From Raillietiella orientalis (Eukaryota): DNA of 64,000 nt. The DNA is taken from positions 1,984,001 through 2,048,000 of the forward strand of contig JAYWIR010000031.1 of the NCBI GenBank assembly GCA_036172245.1, read 5' to 3'. Under the pieces are notes generated by a model, which was not told where the DNA came from, did no database searches, and was given only the letters and a program-made list of their open reading frames with translations. Below are positions 13,105 through 26,240 of the stretch, in pieces. The number at the start of each line of letters is the position of its first letter. Position 1 is the stretch's first letter. A program made the translations under genes and the position numbers.

Positions 13105-16100
13105 TTCTCAGCAACACACACTTTGTTGTTGATTTTTCCGTCCGTGAGTATAAAGTGTTTTCTGTATAGGTACCTCTTGGATTGCAGTTTCTTTCCTGGC
13201 GTGTGTGTATTGAACCGAAATTTTTAGTACATTTGTTCTTTTAAACGACCTTGAACCCAAGCGTTCGCAACAGCCGTTACCATTGCTTGTTGTGCAAAAT
13301 ATAATTACATTGCTCATGGCAGCCGCAACAAAACCATCTGTAGGTGTCTGCGATGTGATCAGATTGCACTGGTGTCAAAAGGAGTAAAGCAGATGAGCGC
13401 TTCGACGTCCGAGGAAGACGTGTGCGTTTTTTCTTCACTGTCCCAGCGATGGAGGTCTTTTCCCCTTCTGAGTCGCCTCTCCGGTATTGCGGGCATCGGA
13501 GACGTAGGGCTCTTCCCCCACCCACGTTTTTCCGAGAGCAGTCTCGCTTGCAACCCGCATCTTCCAAGATTCAAAGTACAGCAAACCGTGCAGCAGATCT
13601 TACCGTTCCTCGCCGCCGCTTCTGCTGGACACGAGCTCAGCCTGCCCCTGCGCTCGCCTCCACTAACCACTGACTATTTTTTTTTTTTTTTTGCACACTA
13701 CATGGACGCCGTTTTTCGCCCTCACCGCGGGTTGACGCTCGTGGTCGTGCAGGTGGACCGCTCGTTCCCCTTTCTTGAAATTCCTCGCTCCCAGGCTTGC
13801 GATCGGGAGGCCGGACTCCGCCCTCCTCCCTTCAGCAAGGCAGAATCAGACCCGTGGCTTCCGGATGACACCCATTCTTTCATATTGCACGACTAGCGCT
13901 TGAACGCATCAGCTGTACTCAGCAACGAATCTTGTCCACGGAAAGATGAGGCCGCAACCGCCCTCCACATTAGAAGGAAGGGATGCCACAAAGGGAACAC
14001 TCGGTTGTTCAAGCTGGCGCGCAGGAATCCAGAAGACCGAAGTCATCCAGCGTGGGATGGATTTCAGAGAAATCTGGAACTTGTAGAACCACTTCAGGCC
14101 GGTAGGAGCTGAAGAGATGGAGAACTCCAGAGCAGGATCGGGAGCATTTCTGATCACGTGTCTCGGCTCCGGTAAATCAACAGTGGCAACTTTTTTTTGT
14201 TTTGGGGGTCCGGAGTTGTGCCGAAAGGAGCGAGACGGGCAGACAACCGCTCTAAGCCCAGTGCACGCTCAACACGCCATCTTGTCGTATCCGCCGACCT
14301 GCGTCTCGTCCAGCATGCCTCCTGCTGCAGGGGATCTTCGCCGAGTGCGAAAACTCCCCGATTTTCCGGGGAATGAACCGAGGGTCCCGCACTTGCAAAT
14401 CCTGTCTTGAAAATCTGTTGGTCCACCCGTACCTCCACGTGCGTCTGTTCCCCTCGCTCACAGATTCATCTCGTCGCTTGGTACCGAGCCCACACACAGC
14501 TTTTCGCTCGATCTTGAAAGGAGGTTCCCATGTTTGGTAAAAATTTCATGACACTGCAAGAGATGAGCCGATAACGGTCGGTGTACCCATCGAAGACCGT
14601 GACGCCTGAGACAGAAGGGGAGCACAGCCCTTGTGGATGTTTGCAAATGCGCAGCGGGACCGAATGCATTGTCGTGAAAGCCCGTCGTTCGGATGCTGGT
14701 GGACCCCCGTTGGACGCATCTTCCTGTTTTCGATCCCCGTCTGCGCAGCAGAACTCTCCACGTGGCCACGCGATATTTTCTCTTCTCAGCTGACTCCCTC
14801 CCACCTTTTTTTAAAAAATCGCATCAGTGTATTACAAGGGAAACTCGATCTAAAGGTGAATCAGTGTGGCCCTGTAGGATATCTGGATGTTAGACAAGTG
14901 ACGTGAATCGCTGGGGCATGAACACGACGGCGATCACGTCGCTCCGTCTTCATACGCGTCTCGCTCTTGCGGGACGTTGCATGGCAGCCTCCGCCAGCAG
15001 AAAAACTTGTCTCGGGCGCTGCCATGCCCAAGCGGGATTTCCTCAGGGAGCACAGTGGGCAGCCAGGCAGGCTTGCATTGATGCATCTTTGAAGCTGGCG
15101 ATCCTCGGCACGTACACGGGTCGCGGCCTTTCGTAACCGTGGAGGGTTTCGCTCGCGGAACGGTGGCACGCCGGGCGTCGCTTGGCGGAAACGAGTGCAA
15201 GAGTGAAGCCCAAATCCTTAGGGTTTGCGGAGAGTTTGTCTCACCACTTCCAAGGAAACCCCTAGGAAGGGGAACCCCCCTCGAGATGAAATCCAGAATC
15301 TGGAAGCAGGATTCACTTCTCCCGGAAGACGAACTCGGTTCGAACCCCGCTGCCCACATCGATGAACAAGAGCATTCGTTTCGTGCTTCGTGTTCTGGAT
15401 TTCTAACCCGTCTTCCTTTTTCTTCTTCTTGCATCGCCTCGTAAGCGGCTCTCATCTTGTGTCGATGGCCCCCTTCGTCCGATGCTTTTTCTCGTCGCGC
15501 CAGTCGCTGTACCTTCAGCTTCCGCGAGATGCGATTGTTTCCTGTTTTCCTGTCACGTGAACCGCAAACGAGAAAATGTGTGTAAATAAGGTGTTTCTGC
15601 GTACAGATGGTGTTTGTCGAGGTATCTTTTTTCAAGTCCTATCGACGGAGGACAGTCCTCTTGCGCAGTTTTTTCGGTGTCGTCGTCGGAGAGGACTCGG
15701 TTCCGCTGGCTCGCTTTCTCGTCGCTCGTGCTTCCTTCGGATGAGCCAAGAACGTTTGCGCAGACGCACGCCCTCGTGCGAAACGGTGCAGCACCGCCTT
15801 TCTGGAACTCTGGTGCTGACTGGGATTCCTTCGCGGCTGCTTCATCTTCCCGAGAGCCTGCAGCGCAGCGGTGCGCTGCAGCGCATTGTTCTGGTGGATG
15901 CGCCGTGCGTGTCTAACGATTCAGGACAGTAAGTACCCTTCCTCCTCACCCGCGCCGCTCGCACTCCAACCGCCTCGCAGAGCGGGTCTCTCTCTCTTTC
16001 TGAGACCACAATGATAACTCGGTTCGAATGCATTCCGGAAGCAAAAGAAGAGAGAGCGCTGCCTCAAATCCAGATTTTTCGTGGCGCACTTGTGCTATGC

Positions 16101-16439
16101 ACTTAAGCACTGAAACCAACCCTCAAGAGATGCAAGTGCTCTTGCGCGTGTCCTTGTCAGTCAGGGTGTTCTTTGTTTGGAAGGTTACCATATCGGAAGA
16201 TTCCTTTCAAAGCCACTCTACTGCTACCCATCGTTTTTACTCTTTGTTTGAACTTCCTTCCTCGCAGTTCCGTTCAAGGTTCATGAAGCAGGGGGGACTT
16301 CATTCAAAAGAATCGAATGAAAAGCTTGATGCCCGCTTGTATCTGGGTGCTGCTAACGAAGATGCAGATGCCTTCCCCCTAAGATTTTAGTCGGCGGCTT
16401 ACATGGCTGCTGGCCTGCGTCTGATCAGTGGACAGAAAC

Positions 16440-17231
16440 AAAGAGGGAATCCGAGAGTGGTGCGATAAAACATAAAGGGAGCTGTTGCACCGGAACAAGC
16501 AGCGAGATCGCAAATCCGTCGTCGCGAGCTGAAAACCATCGGTCGAGAGCAAAATGTAGGGAAAATCCGTCGACAAAATTTGATAGTGAGGCAGCTGCTA
16601 GCAGTCGATAACAGAGAATGTCTAACTTCGACGACCGAGGGATTAGTAGAGGAAGTAAGCGGAAAGCTCATCGCATCCTGAAGCCTAGAAGGAAGCGCGA
16701 GCACCGTACCATCTGTCCACGCCATGCTAAAACCGTCGTATTCGAATCTGCTTCTTGCTGCCAGTGAACTGACTCAAAAGAAGAGACGGGGTGCGCTGCG
16801 TCTCTACTGTAGCGGTGAACAATCTTCCGGCCTCCAGAGGGACCGGCATTGGGGGAAAGCAAGGACAAACTCTGGTGGTTGCTTTCCTTACGTAAGGTCT
16901 GCAACGACGGATACGTTTCATTGGCCTTCTTTGTGAACCAGATGATTGTCTTGGGAGATGTCCGGATCTTTGTCCTTAAGTGTTTCGCTGGGATGGGTGG
17001 GTGTCGATGATTGAGGGTCCTCGGCATGAGAGCTTTGATCTTCATTGGAACCATATCCACTTCTCCTTTTTTTATGTACTTTAGCAAATGCAGAGGAACG
17101 TTGAAAGCACCTCCCAAAAACTGTCCCGGGAAAATTATCCGTGTCCAGTCGGAATATGAGCGAGTCTTGTCCGTCACTTGGCTCCTGATTATCCAAGAAC
17201 GCATGGGAAAAGCTTCATGTTGGGAACGCAC
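16440..17231 (-). pseudogene. Candidate endogenous viral element: degenerate negative-strand RNA virus (Mononegavirales/Jingchuvirales-like) L polymerase fragment
   Basis: Minus-strand frames give, in colinear order: IIFPGQFLGGAFNVPLHLLKYIKKGEVD, PPIPAKHLRTKIR...N, PMPVPLEAGRLFTAT...LLSQFTGSKKQI and FPYILLSTD. These resemble L-protein segments downstream of the polymerase motifs. Frameshifted and shortened; no GDN motif present. Confidence 0.35.
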
Positions 17232-18760
17232 GCGTGCATCAGCCAGTACAGCAATTTCATCATTTCGGTTTCATTTGTTTTTTTTCTTTTCCTTTCTTTT
17301 ATTTTCTTCTTCCTCATCCTTTTTTTGTCTGTCTGTCTGTTTTTGAGGACGAACTCTGTAGACAGAAATCTACTTGAGTCGAGTCTTCTTCGGTACTCAC
17401 GTTTAGGCAATAAATCGCTACTGTTTGGTTCTTGTTCTCCTATTCATTCACTCGGTTTGCTGATGAAGATACAAAGATGCCTTTGAGGTAGCATCGAATT
17501 CCTTCATGTGAAGGATTGCGAAAAAACGGTTCGCAAAAAGTCAAAACGATGCAGATTTTCAAAAGACAGAGAGAACCCACCAAACTTCTATGAAAAAAAA
17601 TACGCGAAACAAAAAAAAATGTTTCTCTTTTCGATTACTTTGTTGCATTTTCATCATCATCTTTTTCCTCTCTTGTTCCGCCTGGACTCTTTTCAAATAG
17701 CGCACCTGTTAACTCGGATTGACTGAGGAAGTTGGACTTCCTTGAAGCAAAACGCCGCCCGCTTTTTTTTTTTTTTTTTTGCAGTGGTGCACCAAGTGCA
17801 GAGCCGTAGGAATAGGATTTGGGTCACAGGCTCGACTCATCGTCTCCGTGTGATGCTGTTCCGTCAGTTTTCACCTTGATGTACTTTTCGAATTCATGTT
17901 CCTGGTGATCTCCGTGTCCCTGGATTTTGTCTTTCGCTCCTGAAAGGCCTTCGCAACGACAGCAAAAAAGGAGCTTGCTTTGCCTCGCGGATACGACTGG
18001 CTCACTACCGATTCGTAAAACGTGCAAAACAAAAGAAGCAGCAGAAAATCGTGCAAGTTTCCATTCCCAGTCTGAGAAGTCCGAAGCTGAGGTGGGAGAT
18101 GAAGAAAGTACGGCCCAGGGTTGTATAGGGGAGAGGTGGTTCTCTGAAGTAGCCTCCGGTTTTCAATCTGTTCGATTGATTTCGGGAATTGGAGTGTTAC
18201 GAAGGTCTCGAATTCATCCTCATCTTGAGTGTGTGCAGCTGCTGAATGTGCGTTTCTGTTGCGTAAGCAGTCCGTGATTTATCCCCGGAGCACGAATGCC
18301 ATGGTGCTTTTCTTTCTGCTTATTCTTTGGCTGCAGAGCGGCGATGCCTTTTGAAACTTGGGAGTCTTTAGGCCAGGATACGCCAGTATCACTGTTCAGT
18401 TCCTGCTGGCATCAGTTGAGCTCAGCTTCGCACTGCCCCCAGTTCAGTCCTCTCAAGTTGTCGATCCCCGTACCCTTCTCCTATAGAGGATTCTACTCCG
18501 CATTATCGAGTTTAAATCTTTTACAGAGTGTGGAAAACTTCTGCAAAGGTCTCACGGCTATTATCCCAGCTTGGCTAATGATGGTGGATCAAAAACACGA
18601 ATACGAATAATAAAAATCTCGTGTTGACGGTCTTTTTGTTGGTGTCTGCCCAATAGGCGACGGTGGGAGATAGATCTCACTGCTTTTAGGTATTCAAGGT
18701 CGCAGGTTATTCGATCCTTGGACCGCAAGGTGGAAACACACGAGACATTGCAAACTCACA

Positions 18761-19200
18761 TTGCTTGGTGGTGTGCTGATAATATGTGCAAAAGAGGAGT
18801 TGGCGACATGGGGAGCCCCTTTACCCCGATTAACTGTCTACCCACGCCCTTCACCTTTCAAGAACCTGATCTTGGGTTGTCCATGTGCTCGCGTTGCTCG
18901 CCGTAGCCCCGCGAGGAAGACACGCCAAACTTTGCGGGTGTCTGCAAATTTCTTCGATACTGACGGCCTCCATGTTTCCGCGTCATTGCTAAGCGCAGTG
19001 CAGAAATTTGTACGCCCTTCCACTGTACTCTTCTCTCTTTACGTGCCGCTGACCTTGCAGACGGGACGAAGTTGGTAGTGGAAACCATCATCATCATGTG
19101 TCGTGTGGGTTTATTGAGGGTTTCTCGTCTTGTCCCCCACTGCCTGTACAGCTGCTTTGCATTTGGCGGCTTTAATTCCCTCTTTGAACAGCCGTGAACG
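18761..19200 (+). mobile_element. Degenerate BEL/Pao-like LTR retrotransposon integrase remnant
   Basis: CKR...APLPRLTVYPRPSPFKNL, then LLSAVQKFVRPSTV and LNSR. These resemble the BEL/Pao pattern PLPxxRv..PF..GvD / al.RF..RP / lNsRP. Heavily decayed. Confidence 0.4.
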
Positions 19201-20229
19201 CTTCCATTCCTTCCGGAACCGAGGCGTTCGAAGATGTCGTAGATGTAGAAGAATTCGTACCCTTGCTCTAGAGGAGCACCAATCCGATCGGTCGGCTTTG
19301 GGGTCCCAACTGTTTACACACATGCAGGCCGCCGCCGCCTTTTGCTCGACAGAACACGTGCGCAGCTGCTGTGCCATTTATCCTGTGGCCAACATCGTCG
19401 CCACACTCATTATTCTGGCTACGTCGGAATTCCTTTGAGACGATCGCTTGCTCGGATTACGAATTGGGAAAATGGCGAACTCCTTTTTGAAATCTGAAAC
19501 CTTCGCCTCCCGCCAATCTGCCCCTGCGCTCCTCGTACGTCGTTTTCTTTTCTTTCTGTTCTTTTCTTTTCTTGTCATCTTTACAGATCGTGCAAAAACT
19601 GTATGTGAGGCAAGCGAGGTGAGCAGGATCGCAGCCACCTCACGAAACGACGGTTCTGTCCTTTCAGGATGCTCGAGGGGGAGGGGAGGAAGGAGAATTT
19701 CTTCAGGGGACTCCATTGAAGACGGGGACTCCTTGCAAGGAACTCGTGCATGTGCGTGAATGCGTGCGCGCCCATCCATTCTCGTTGCTGGAGTTCACTA
19801 ACAACGGGAATGCTCACGTGATCACAGGGTTTGCCGAGGAAAAGAAGGAATTTCCAAATTGCCTACCCATCACCCTCTTCCCCAGAACGTGGTGATGCCT
19901 TGCCCGAGGGTTCGAAGCGCTACGGGCGCAAAGATGAAGCGGCTTATCGCACGCGAACCTCGCGAGCTTCCGCCGAGCATGCGCTGTCGAAAAACACAGG
20001 GATGGCGTGCTGGTTTCGGCTATAGCATTTCCCCTCTATTTCCCAAACCCAAATCGTACAGTGCCTCGAGATCCACACGGGAACTGGGAGAACTGAGATT
20101 CCGAACCGAAGATTTTCTAAGATTTGCAGCCCGAGGCAGCTGCTGCTTCTTCCTTGCCCGGTCGGGAGGATAGAGGAGGTTCGCGCGGTGGTGCGTCCCT
20201 TTCTGAACGTGCGTGTGACGAGCGTTTTC

Positions 20230-21040
20230 TCGGATCAGCCTTGGCAGCTGCCTCTTTGGCCGGTGCTCGACTCACCAACCTTAAGAAGAGCTTCGCCCGA
20301 GTTACTTGAATGCCGAGGCCTCTTTGCGATGGGAGCGTTCCGGGACTCTGGTTTCCCCCTCCAGAGTCTCGTCTCGAGAGCTTCCCGCTTCGCCCCTGGC
20401 TTGTGAGTTTCTCTCTCTTCGAGCCTTTGGGTTCTTCCCACGCGCTTCCCAAATGCAGATTTTGCGATTCCAGCGCCTGCCCTCTGCCTCAAGTATCTGG
20501 CATTCCTGTTCGGAACAGTAGCACTCGAAAATGCTGGGCTTCCCAGGATTCACAAGAAAAGAAATTAAAAACATGCGCGTGATTAAATCAGTTCTCATCG
20601 TGAAACGAGGGGTGCTTCTCCAACCTCTTCAAGCTTTTATTTTATTTTATTTTTTGTCCCTTCCCCCTCCCTGTGGCAACCCCATCCAGAGTTGCGAGAG
20701 TTGCTGTGCCGCGTGTTTGCAGCATGGTCTTCCCCACTCTTTAAGAGACGTGGGCATAATTCATAAATGGCAACTTGCATGTCTTGCCTTGTTCTGGAGC
20801 CGCTTGCGTGCATGCGCGCGTACACACGTACCAACGTACATGTTATGACTTCCACGTGTACTCGTTTCTTCCCTGCGGAAATGAAAATTTCTAGTTACAA
20901 GGAGGCGGGAGAGAGGAATCTTGCAGATCCCTCCGAGGGATTCCTCCGTGGGACGAAGGGCACGCGTGTTCGCGCGCGTTTGGTGGCGGCTCCTCTTGTG
21001 GTGTCCAGTCCCCGGCGGGTGTGGTTGCATCCCAAGGACT
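20230..21040 (+). mobile_element. Possible BEL/Pao RNase H remnants
   Basis: LAAASLAGARLTNLKKSF (~20240-20300) and GERNLADPS.G...LLW...WL (~20900-21030) resemble ELxAxxLGARL and NPADxxSRG...WWxGPxWL. Confidence 0.28.
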
Positions 21041-23569
21041 TCCGCCTCTCAGCACCTGCAAGAGTGGTGGCACCTCGAGTGACGAATTTCCGTCCCGGGG
21101 CGAACCGTGGGCAGCGGCCCTTCTCGTTGTTGCAAGCGCACCACCAGCGCTTTCTGAGAGGTTGTGGTAGCCGTGAGCTTTGGATGGTTGCCCGTCGCTG
21201 ACCCTCATGATTGTCACATTCAAAGTTCCTGTCCTTTTTTTTGTTTTCTTTCGTTCTTTCGTCCCCCCCCCCCCCCTCACACACATACACAGGATGGTCC
21301 ATTTGTTTAGAAGATGCTCTCGACGTCATCCCCTCCAGTGTTGTAAAAAGAGAAAGAAAGAAGGAAGAAAAAGAAAACTCCAACAAAAAGATTTTTTCCT
21401 CTACAGTTTTTGCGATTCACAAAATTCGTATTCGCTTATCGGCACTCCCAGGTAGACGACGTCCTGGCAATCCTTGGATTATGCGTTATTGTCTTATACA
21501 GCTGAAAGATCTCATTTGCTTGAGCTTTTAATGGATTGGATTTAATTCCAAGCTTCCATTTTGAAAATTGGCAATTTGGAAATGAAAAATAAACTAGATT
21601 GTTTTAATTTTCCGATCCCATTACGGTAATTAGATTTCCGCATCCTGTAATGGGATGATATGAGTTTGCTAGCATTAAATGAATAGATATGAAATGAAAT
21701 GCTATCCGTGGAACAGCATCCCGCGAGTGTTTCCCATATCGATAGCTCGCTCGCTAGCTGCATGCGGAAAAATATTTTCCTTCTGTGAGGGTAGCTGTGG
21801 ATGGCATCTGAGAACGAACAAAAAAGTACTTTTCAAGTGTGCGTGCGTTTTGCGCTAAATGCTTGTCACCCTTAAAACCTTTTCCGATCCGTTGGAGATC
21901 GAACTCACCTCACATGACAAACTGATTGATTTTTTTTTTTTTTTTATACCTCTGTGATGGTCAGCGCTGTCGTTTCACTTTTTTTGTAATGTCATTAACT
22001 ATTAGTACTTCCGGGCATGATTTTTCGTATTGATTTGAGCACATAAAATAGTCATCTCGGCATGGAAGCCAAGTGCTCGAAGGAGCAAAGCAGTGATGCT
22101 GGGTGGTGTTATTGACTCCAGAAATTTAAACTAGGTTTGCACTTGGGGGGGGGGGGGGGGGGAGGAGACCAGTGTGATGTGTCAGGAAGTGTGGGAAGAA
22201 TAAAATCGATAACCATGTCGAAGCACAAGTAGTATCAGCCGTCGAACGGTTCCTCCAAATGACTCTGTGGAAATAAGATGAACACGCACGTGATCGAAAG
22301 AAGAGGGAAAAAATTGCATTCTTATCGGAAAGTCTTCTGTGGCACTCATCTAGTGCACGGGCAAGCGAACGGGGATGCCTCCGAACCCATCACCGTGCCT
22401 GGGTGGGCTCGGATTTTCGGAATGTCCCGGAAGGTTCAGAACCGGTTTCCAGCACTTGCTTGCCGTGCATGTTGTCGCCACACGTGTGGACCCAGGGCGG
22501 TCTGTGGATGCAACTGGCGTGTGGGTTCCGCTCCCGTCGCGAAAATTTGAGTGCGCGAGGAGCACGAGAAAGCCTAGACGAAGAATGGAGCCTCTTCCCT
22601 GATGAACTTCTCTTTCAGATCTTTTTCGGAACAAAGGTTCCATTCTTGTCTATGGATCCGTCTCTCCGATGCGCGCGCAGCTCTTAGTGAGCCTTTGAAG
22701 AATTATCCTTTGGTAGGAATTTTCATTCCATCTGCTTTTCAGAGCAACGAAAGGATCTCCCTCCCTTTTTCCGTTAATCTCCTCAACAGATGTTATCTGT
22801 GAAAGTTAATTTAAATCTTAATTCAAAGAAGGAGTGATGATGTTTCAAATCACTATTTTATCGCATCCTTTTCATTCATTAATCGCCTACTTTGTCCGTT
22901 CACGTGATCTTGTAACAGAAGCTGCAAAGGAACTAATTTACCAGATAAGTTTATTTGTCACACAGAATCTCTGTACCTTTTTCAGACAACAGTCAGGGAT
23001 CTCCGCTTGAGCTTTCGTTTCAAAAGACACGTTTGCAGGACAGCTTGTGGCATCGTGAGATTTTCATTCATGATACAGTTTTTGAAGTTAGATCTTTGCC
23101 TGAAGAAATACCTTCAGGGGAAACTTGGATAATTAAAAAAAGAAAAGGTTGTGTTTGGTTTTCAGTGTTTCTCTCGTGTCACTTATTTGTAGGCAAGTGT
23201 CTTCCTCTTTTCTAATTATCCTTCCCTTTTTTTCTAATTTTGAACAGAAGGTGTCAGTTGTTTGAATCCATGGAACTCATACGTATATGAATTCTCCTGG
23301 TAATTTGTTTTCAAATAGGAAGCACAAATGCTGTCCCCTTTTTATGGTGCCATCGAGTTCTTTTTCGGCGCCTTTTTGCTTTAAAATAAATAAAGAAATA
23401 AAATAAAAATAAAATAAAATAAAAACCGTCAGGGTTGTTAGCCGCGCTTCTAGACGGAATTTTTTTCAGAGATGTGCCTTGGGTCCCCCAGGCCGTCGGA
23501 AGTGAATCTTGAGCAGCAAAACAAAACAAAACTGATCCCGAGGTCGCATTTTATTTCTGCTAAAGAATC

Positions 23570-23980
23570 AAAAGAAGAAGAAGCGTTTGGCAAACTCATC
23601 GGACTGACGCGAAACTCGAGCCGGATGATGCGATCAGTAGCGTCAAGCAGCGAAAGATGAAACCGAAAGCTGCTGGCGGATACGGAAAGCGAATTGCGGG
23701 TGATATTCGATGAGGATTGCGATTGAATGTACGAAAGTGTTCCCGAGTGGGTTGGTGCCCGGCAGTTTGCTCGCCGCCACGTGGTTCGCGCGCGTTCCTG
23801 CCCATCTTCGAGTCGTGGAAAGCGAACGAGATGGGTTCCGTTCTCTCCGGCTGGAGCGGTTCCCCCGCTCCCGCCGGGTAGGCTGCCATTCCGCTGCAGC
23901 ACCGAGAGGGCGGTGCCCGGGCCGGCAGAGGAAGATCTTTTTTTTTGTCGTCGCCTTCGCAATATCGTGTAAATGCCCAA
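23570..23980 (-). mobile_element. Degenerate Ty3/gypsy-like reverse transcriptase remnant
   Basis: One frame contains EDGQERARTTWRRAN (cf. KDGxxRxCVDYRxLN) and LEFRVSPMSLPNASSSF (cf. yEFxVMPFGLxNAPxTF) in the correct order. Confidence 0.55.
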
Positions 23981-25632
23981 GAATCCCGGAACATCCGTCG
24001 TACCAGGATTTCGTTATTGGCGCCTCCTCCTGCCGCTGCGTGCTCCATCGTCCTGGAAACACCATGCATCCGGCGTTGTTCGTGCTAGCTTTCCCTGCTT
24101 TCAGATTGCACTCTCGTTGGTGGTCGGTCAAAGCAGACGATCTAAAAAAAACAAAAAAAAGGTCCAAGAAAATTCGCTTATGACATCTCCTAAAGGTTAC
24201 TTTGTCCCAGCTTCTTTTTGCTTCTCGTTCTTCCTTTCGTGTTATCTGCCGACTGCCGTCTTCTGAACTGTTTAGAAAATTTCTTTCCGAAGCAGAGCTG
24301 CCGAAAGGTCGCGTTGTGATAGCGGCTGTTAGCGTGAAAGAGATTTTTTACCTTTGCGACTGTCATCATTTGAACGCCGTTTCCGGAAATGGAGAGGATC
24401 GTTGTGCGTTCGTATTGTGTTGTGTTGCATTGACACACTTCGAGCAGAACACCCTGGACCTGAAGAATTGGAGCCGTTTGTACAGGTCAGAGCCGGTGCA
24501 TCGATGTGAACACGCAGCAAAGAATTCATTTCTGCGTGGGGATAAGTTGGATTGCGTATCATGGTCCAAGTTCTAAAGGCCCCCCTCCCCCCTTAAAAAA
24601 AAAAAAATGACTTCAGAAAAAGGTGACACGAGGTGGTGGCTTTCGGGGTGTGCACTTTTCAAGCCAGAAATGGCTCGCAAACAACAAGATGAAACTTCCA
24701 GGAGTGTAGGCGGAAACCTAATGCGAGCATTGTATAAAATCTCCCGAAACATTTTGTTCCCATTGTGCAGATGTCTTGGTCGTCACTGGACTGCTGTTCG
24801 TGAATTCTTCCACGCAGCTGTAGCTCGGGTTTTGAAAAATGAAAAATACGAAAGTAAGGATCGTGGACTTGGGGACACGTTGTGTGGACGATTGCAGCTC
24901 TGCGCCATTATAACGTAACCTAATGAGATTGCACTTTCGAGCGGGTCAGACGTCCTCCCGGCAGCCAGAACCTTCGTCAGCTGTTTTAGAAAATCAGTTT
25001 CAGGAAATGCTGCATTCCGCACTTTCAGTGCGGCCGAATCGGAAGCGTTTTGCTCTTCCCGTTTAAAGCATCGCATCTTTGACCGAACAGCTGCACGGAT
25101 ATTCACGTTGGCGCCAGAACGCCCAAGCGAAACGGAAAGTGGGAAGCGGCGCCCCCGCAGACTTTCGTTGGGCTGAGGGACTTGCGGGCCCGGGCAGTGG
25201 TTTCGTTGAACTTCGTTTTTGTTTTCGTTCCAGTCGCCAGCTTGAGGGGGGGAGGGGGGCCGTGTACCGCCTTGAGAAGAAGCGGTTCCGTTCGTCTTCA
25301 GAGGGAATCGCGGAAATGTTCTTCTCTGCTTGCTTTTGCCCTTCCGTGTTTCCAACGCCGCGAAAAGGGGCACCTCTCTGATCTCTGGAACGGACCCCAA
25401 AGCTTCTCCGGTGCGTTCTGTTCATTGCAGCCGCCTTCGGGCTCGGCCTTCCGACCTTGTTCTGCTCACCAGCTGATGCGCAGTTGTCGCGTGCATCAAG
25501 AAAATCATTATCCAAGTCCCTCTCGTGCCTTGTTTTCCTGATTTGGCCTGATTCGGGACTCATTAACGTGTGCATTCATATCTGGATTTTACGCGAGAGT
25601 TCCTGGCGATGTGCAGTTTGTTTGTAGCAGGG

Positions 25633-25664
<32 letters not shown>

Positions 25665-25899
25665 CCTTCCCCTCCTACGGCGCATGTTCGAAATCAAAGC
25701 GCACGTGGTTGTTTGCAGATGTGAAAAGCATATTGTGTTATTTGCTGAAACGAGCACCTTGACGTCACTTCAGCAAATTGGGAATCTTTTGTGACCAGGG
25801 TATCCCTGCAGATGTCATCTTCGGTGGTTGTGCTTTATAGTTGGGAATCCGTGGAATGAATAAAGGAGCGCGTTGTGTTTTGGTTATTTTGGTTTGCAA

Positions 25900-26240
25900 T
25901 AAGTGTACCGTTGTTATTAATTACTGTTGGGAGGGTGCTGTGATTTTAAGGTGAGATGGGTTGGGATGATTCTACGTTGTTCGGTAATTTTTGCACAAAA
26001 GTCGTAGCTTTGACGGTAGTGGGCATGATCCTGTTTTTTGAGTAATCGTGCCGGAGATAGAATTTCGTTGATGGTTGCTGGATGTGAGCGGTGCGGAAAG
26101 GCTCTCGAAGTTGTATATGCTCTTAGTGGTCGATGGTTGTTGGTATTTGCAAGTGAAATTTTCAATTCTATGTTGAGTAATATCTCGTGGAAGTCGATCG
26201 GGGATTGAATGACTCGTTATTTTTTTTTTTTTTGCAATCA
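25900..26240 (-). mobile_element. Possible Penelope-like element N-terminal remnant (strand-skewed segment)
   Basis: A/C-rich minus strand reading RLLKKQ...YDFCAKITEQRRIIPTHLTLK, reminiscent of the FLxxCxxxxIIPxxLxLK motif of Penelope-like ORFs. Confidence 0.25.

Noticed and set aside
14140..14190. FLITCLGSGKST Walker A-like peptide
   Set aside because: First glycine missing, no Walker B or other NTPase context; likely chance or unidentifiable debris.
15300..15357. GGTTCGAACCCC tRNA T-arm / B-box-like motif (similar ones near 5682 and 34740)
   Set aside because: No acceptor stem, D-arm or anticodon arm could be folded.
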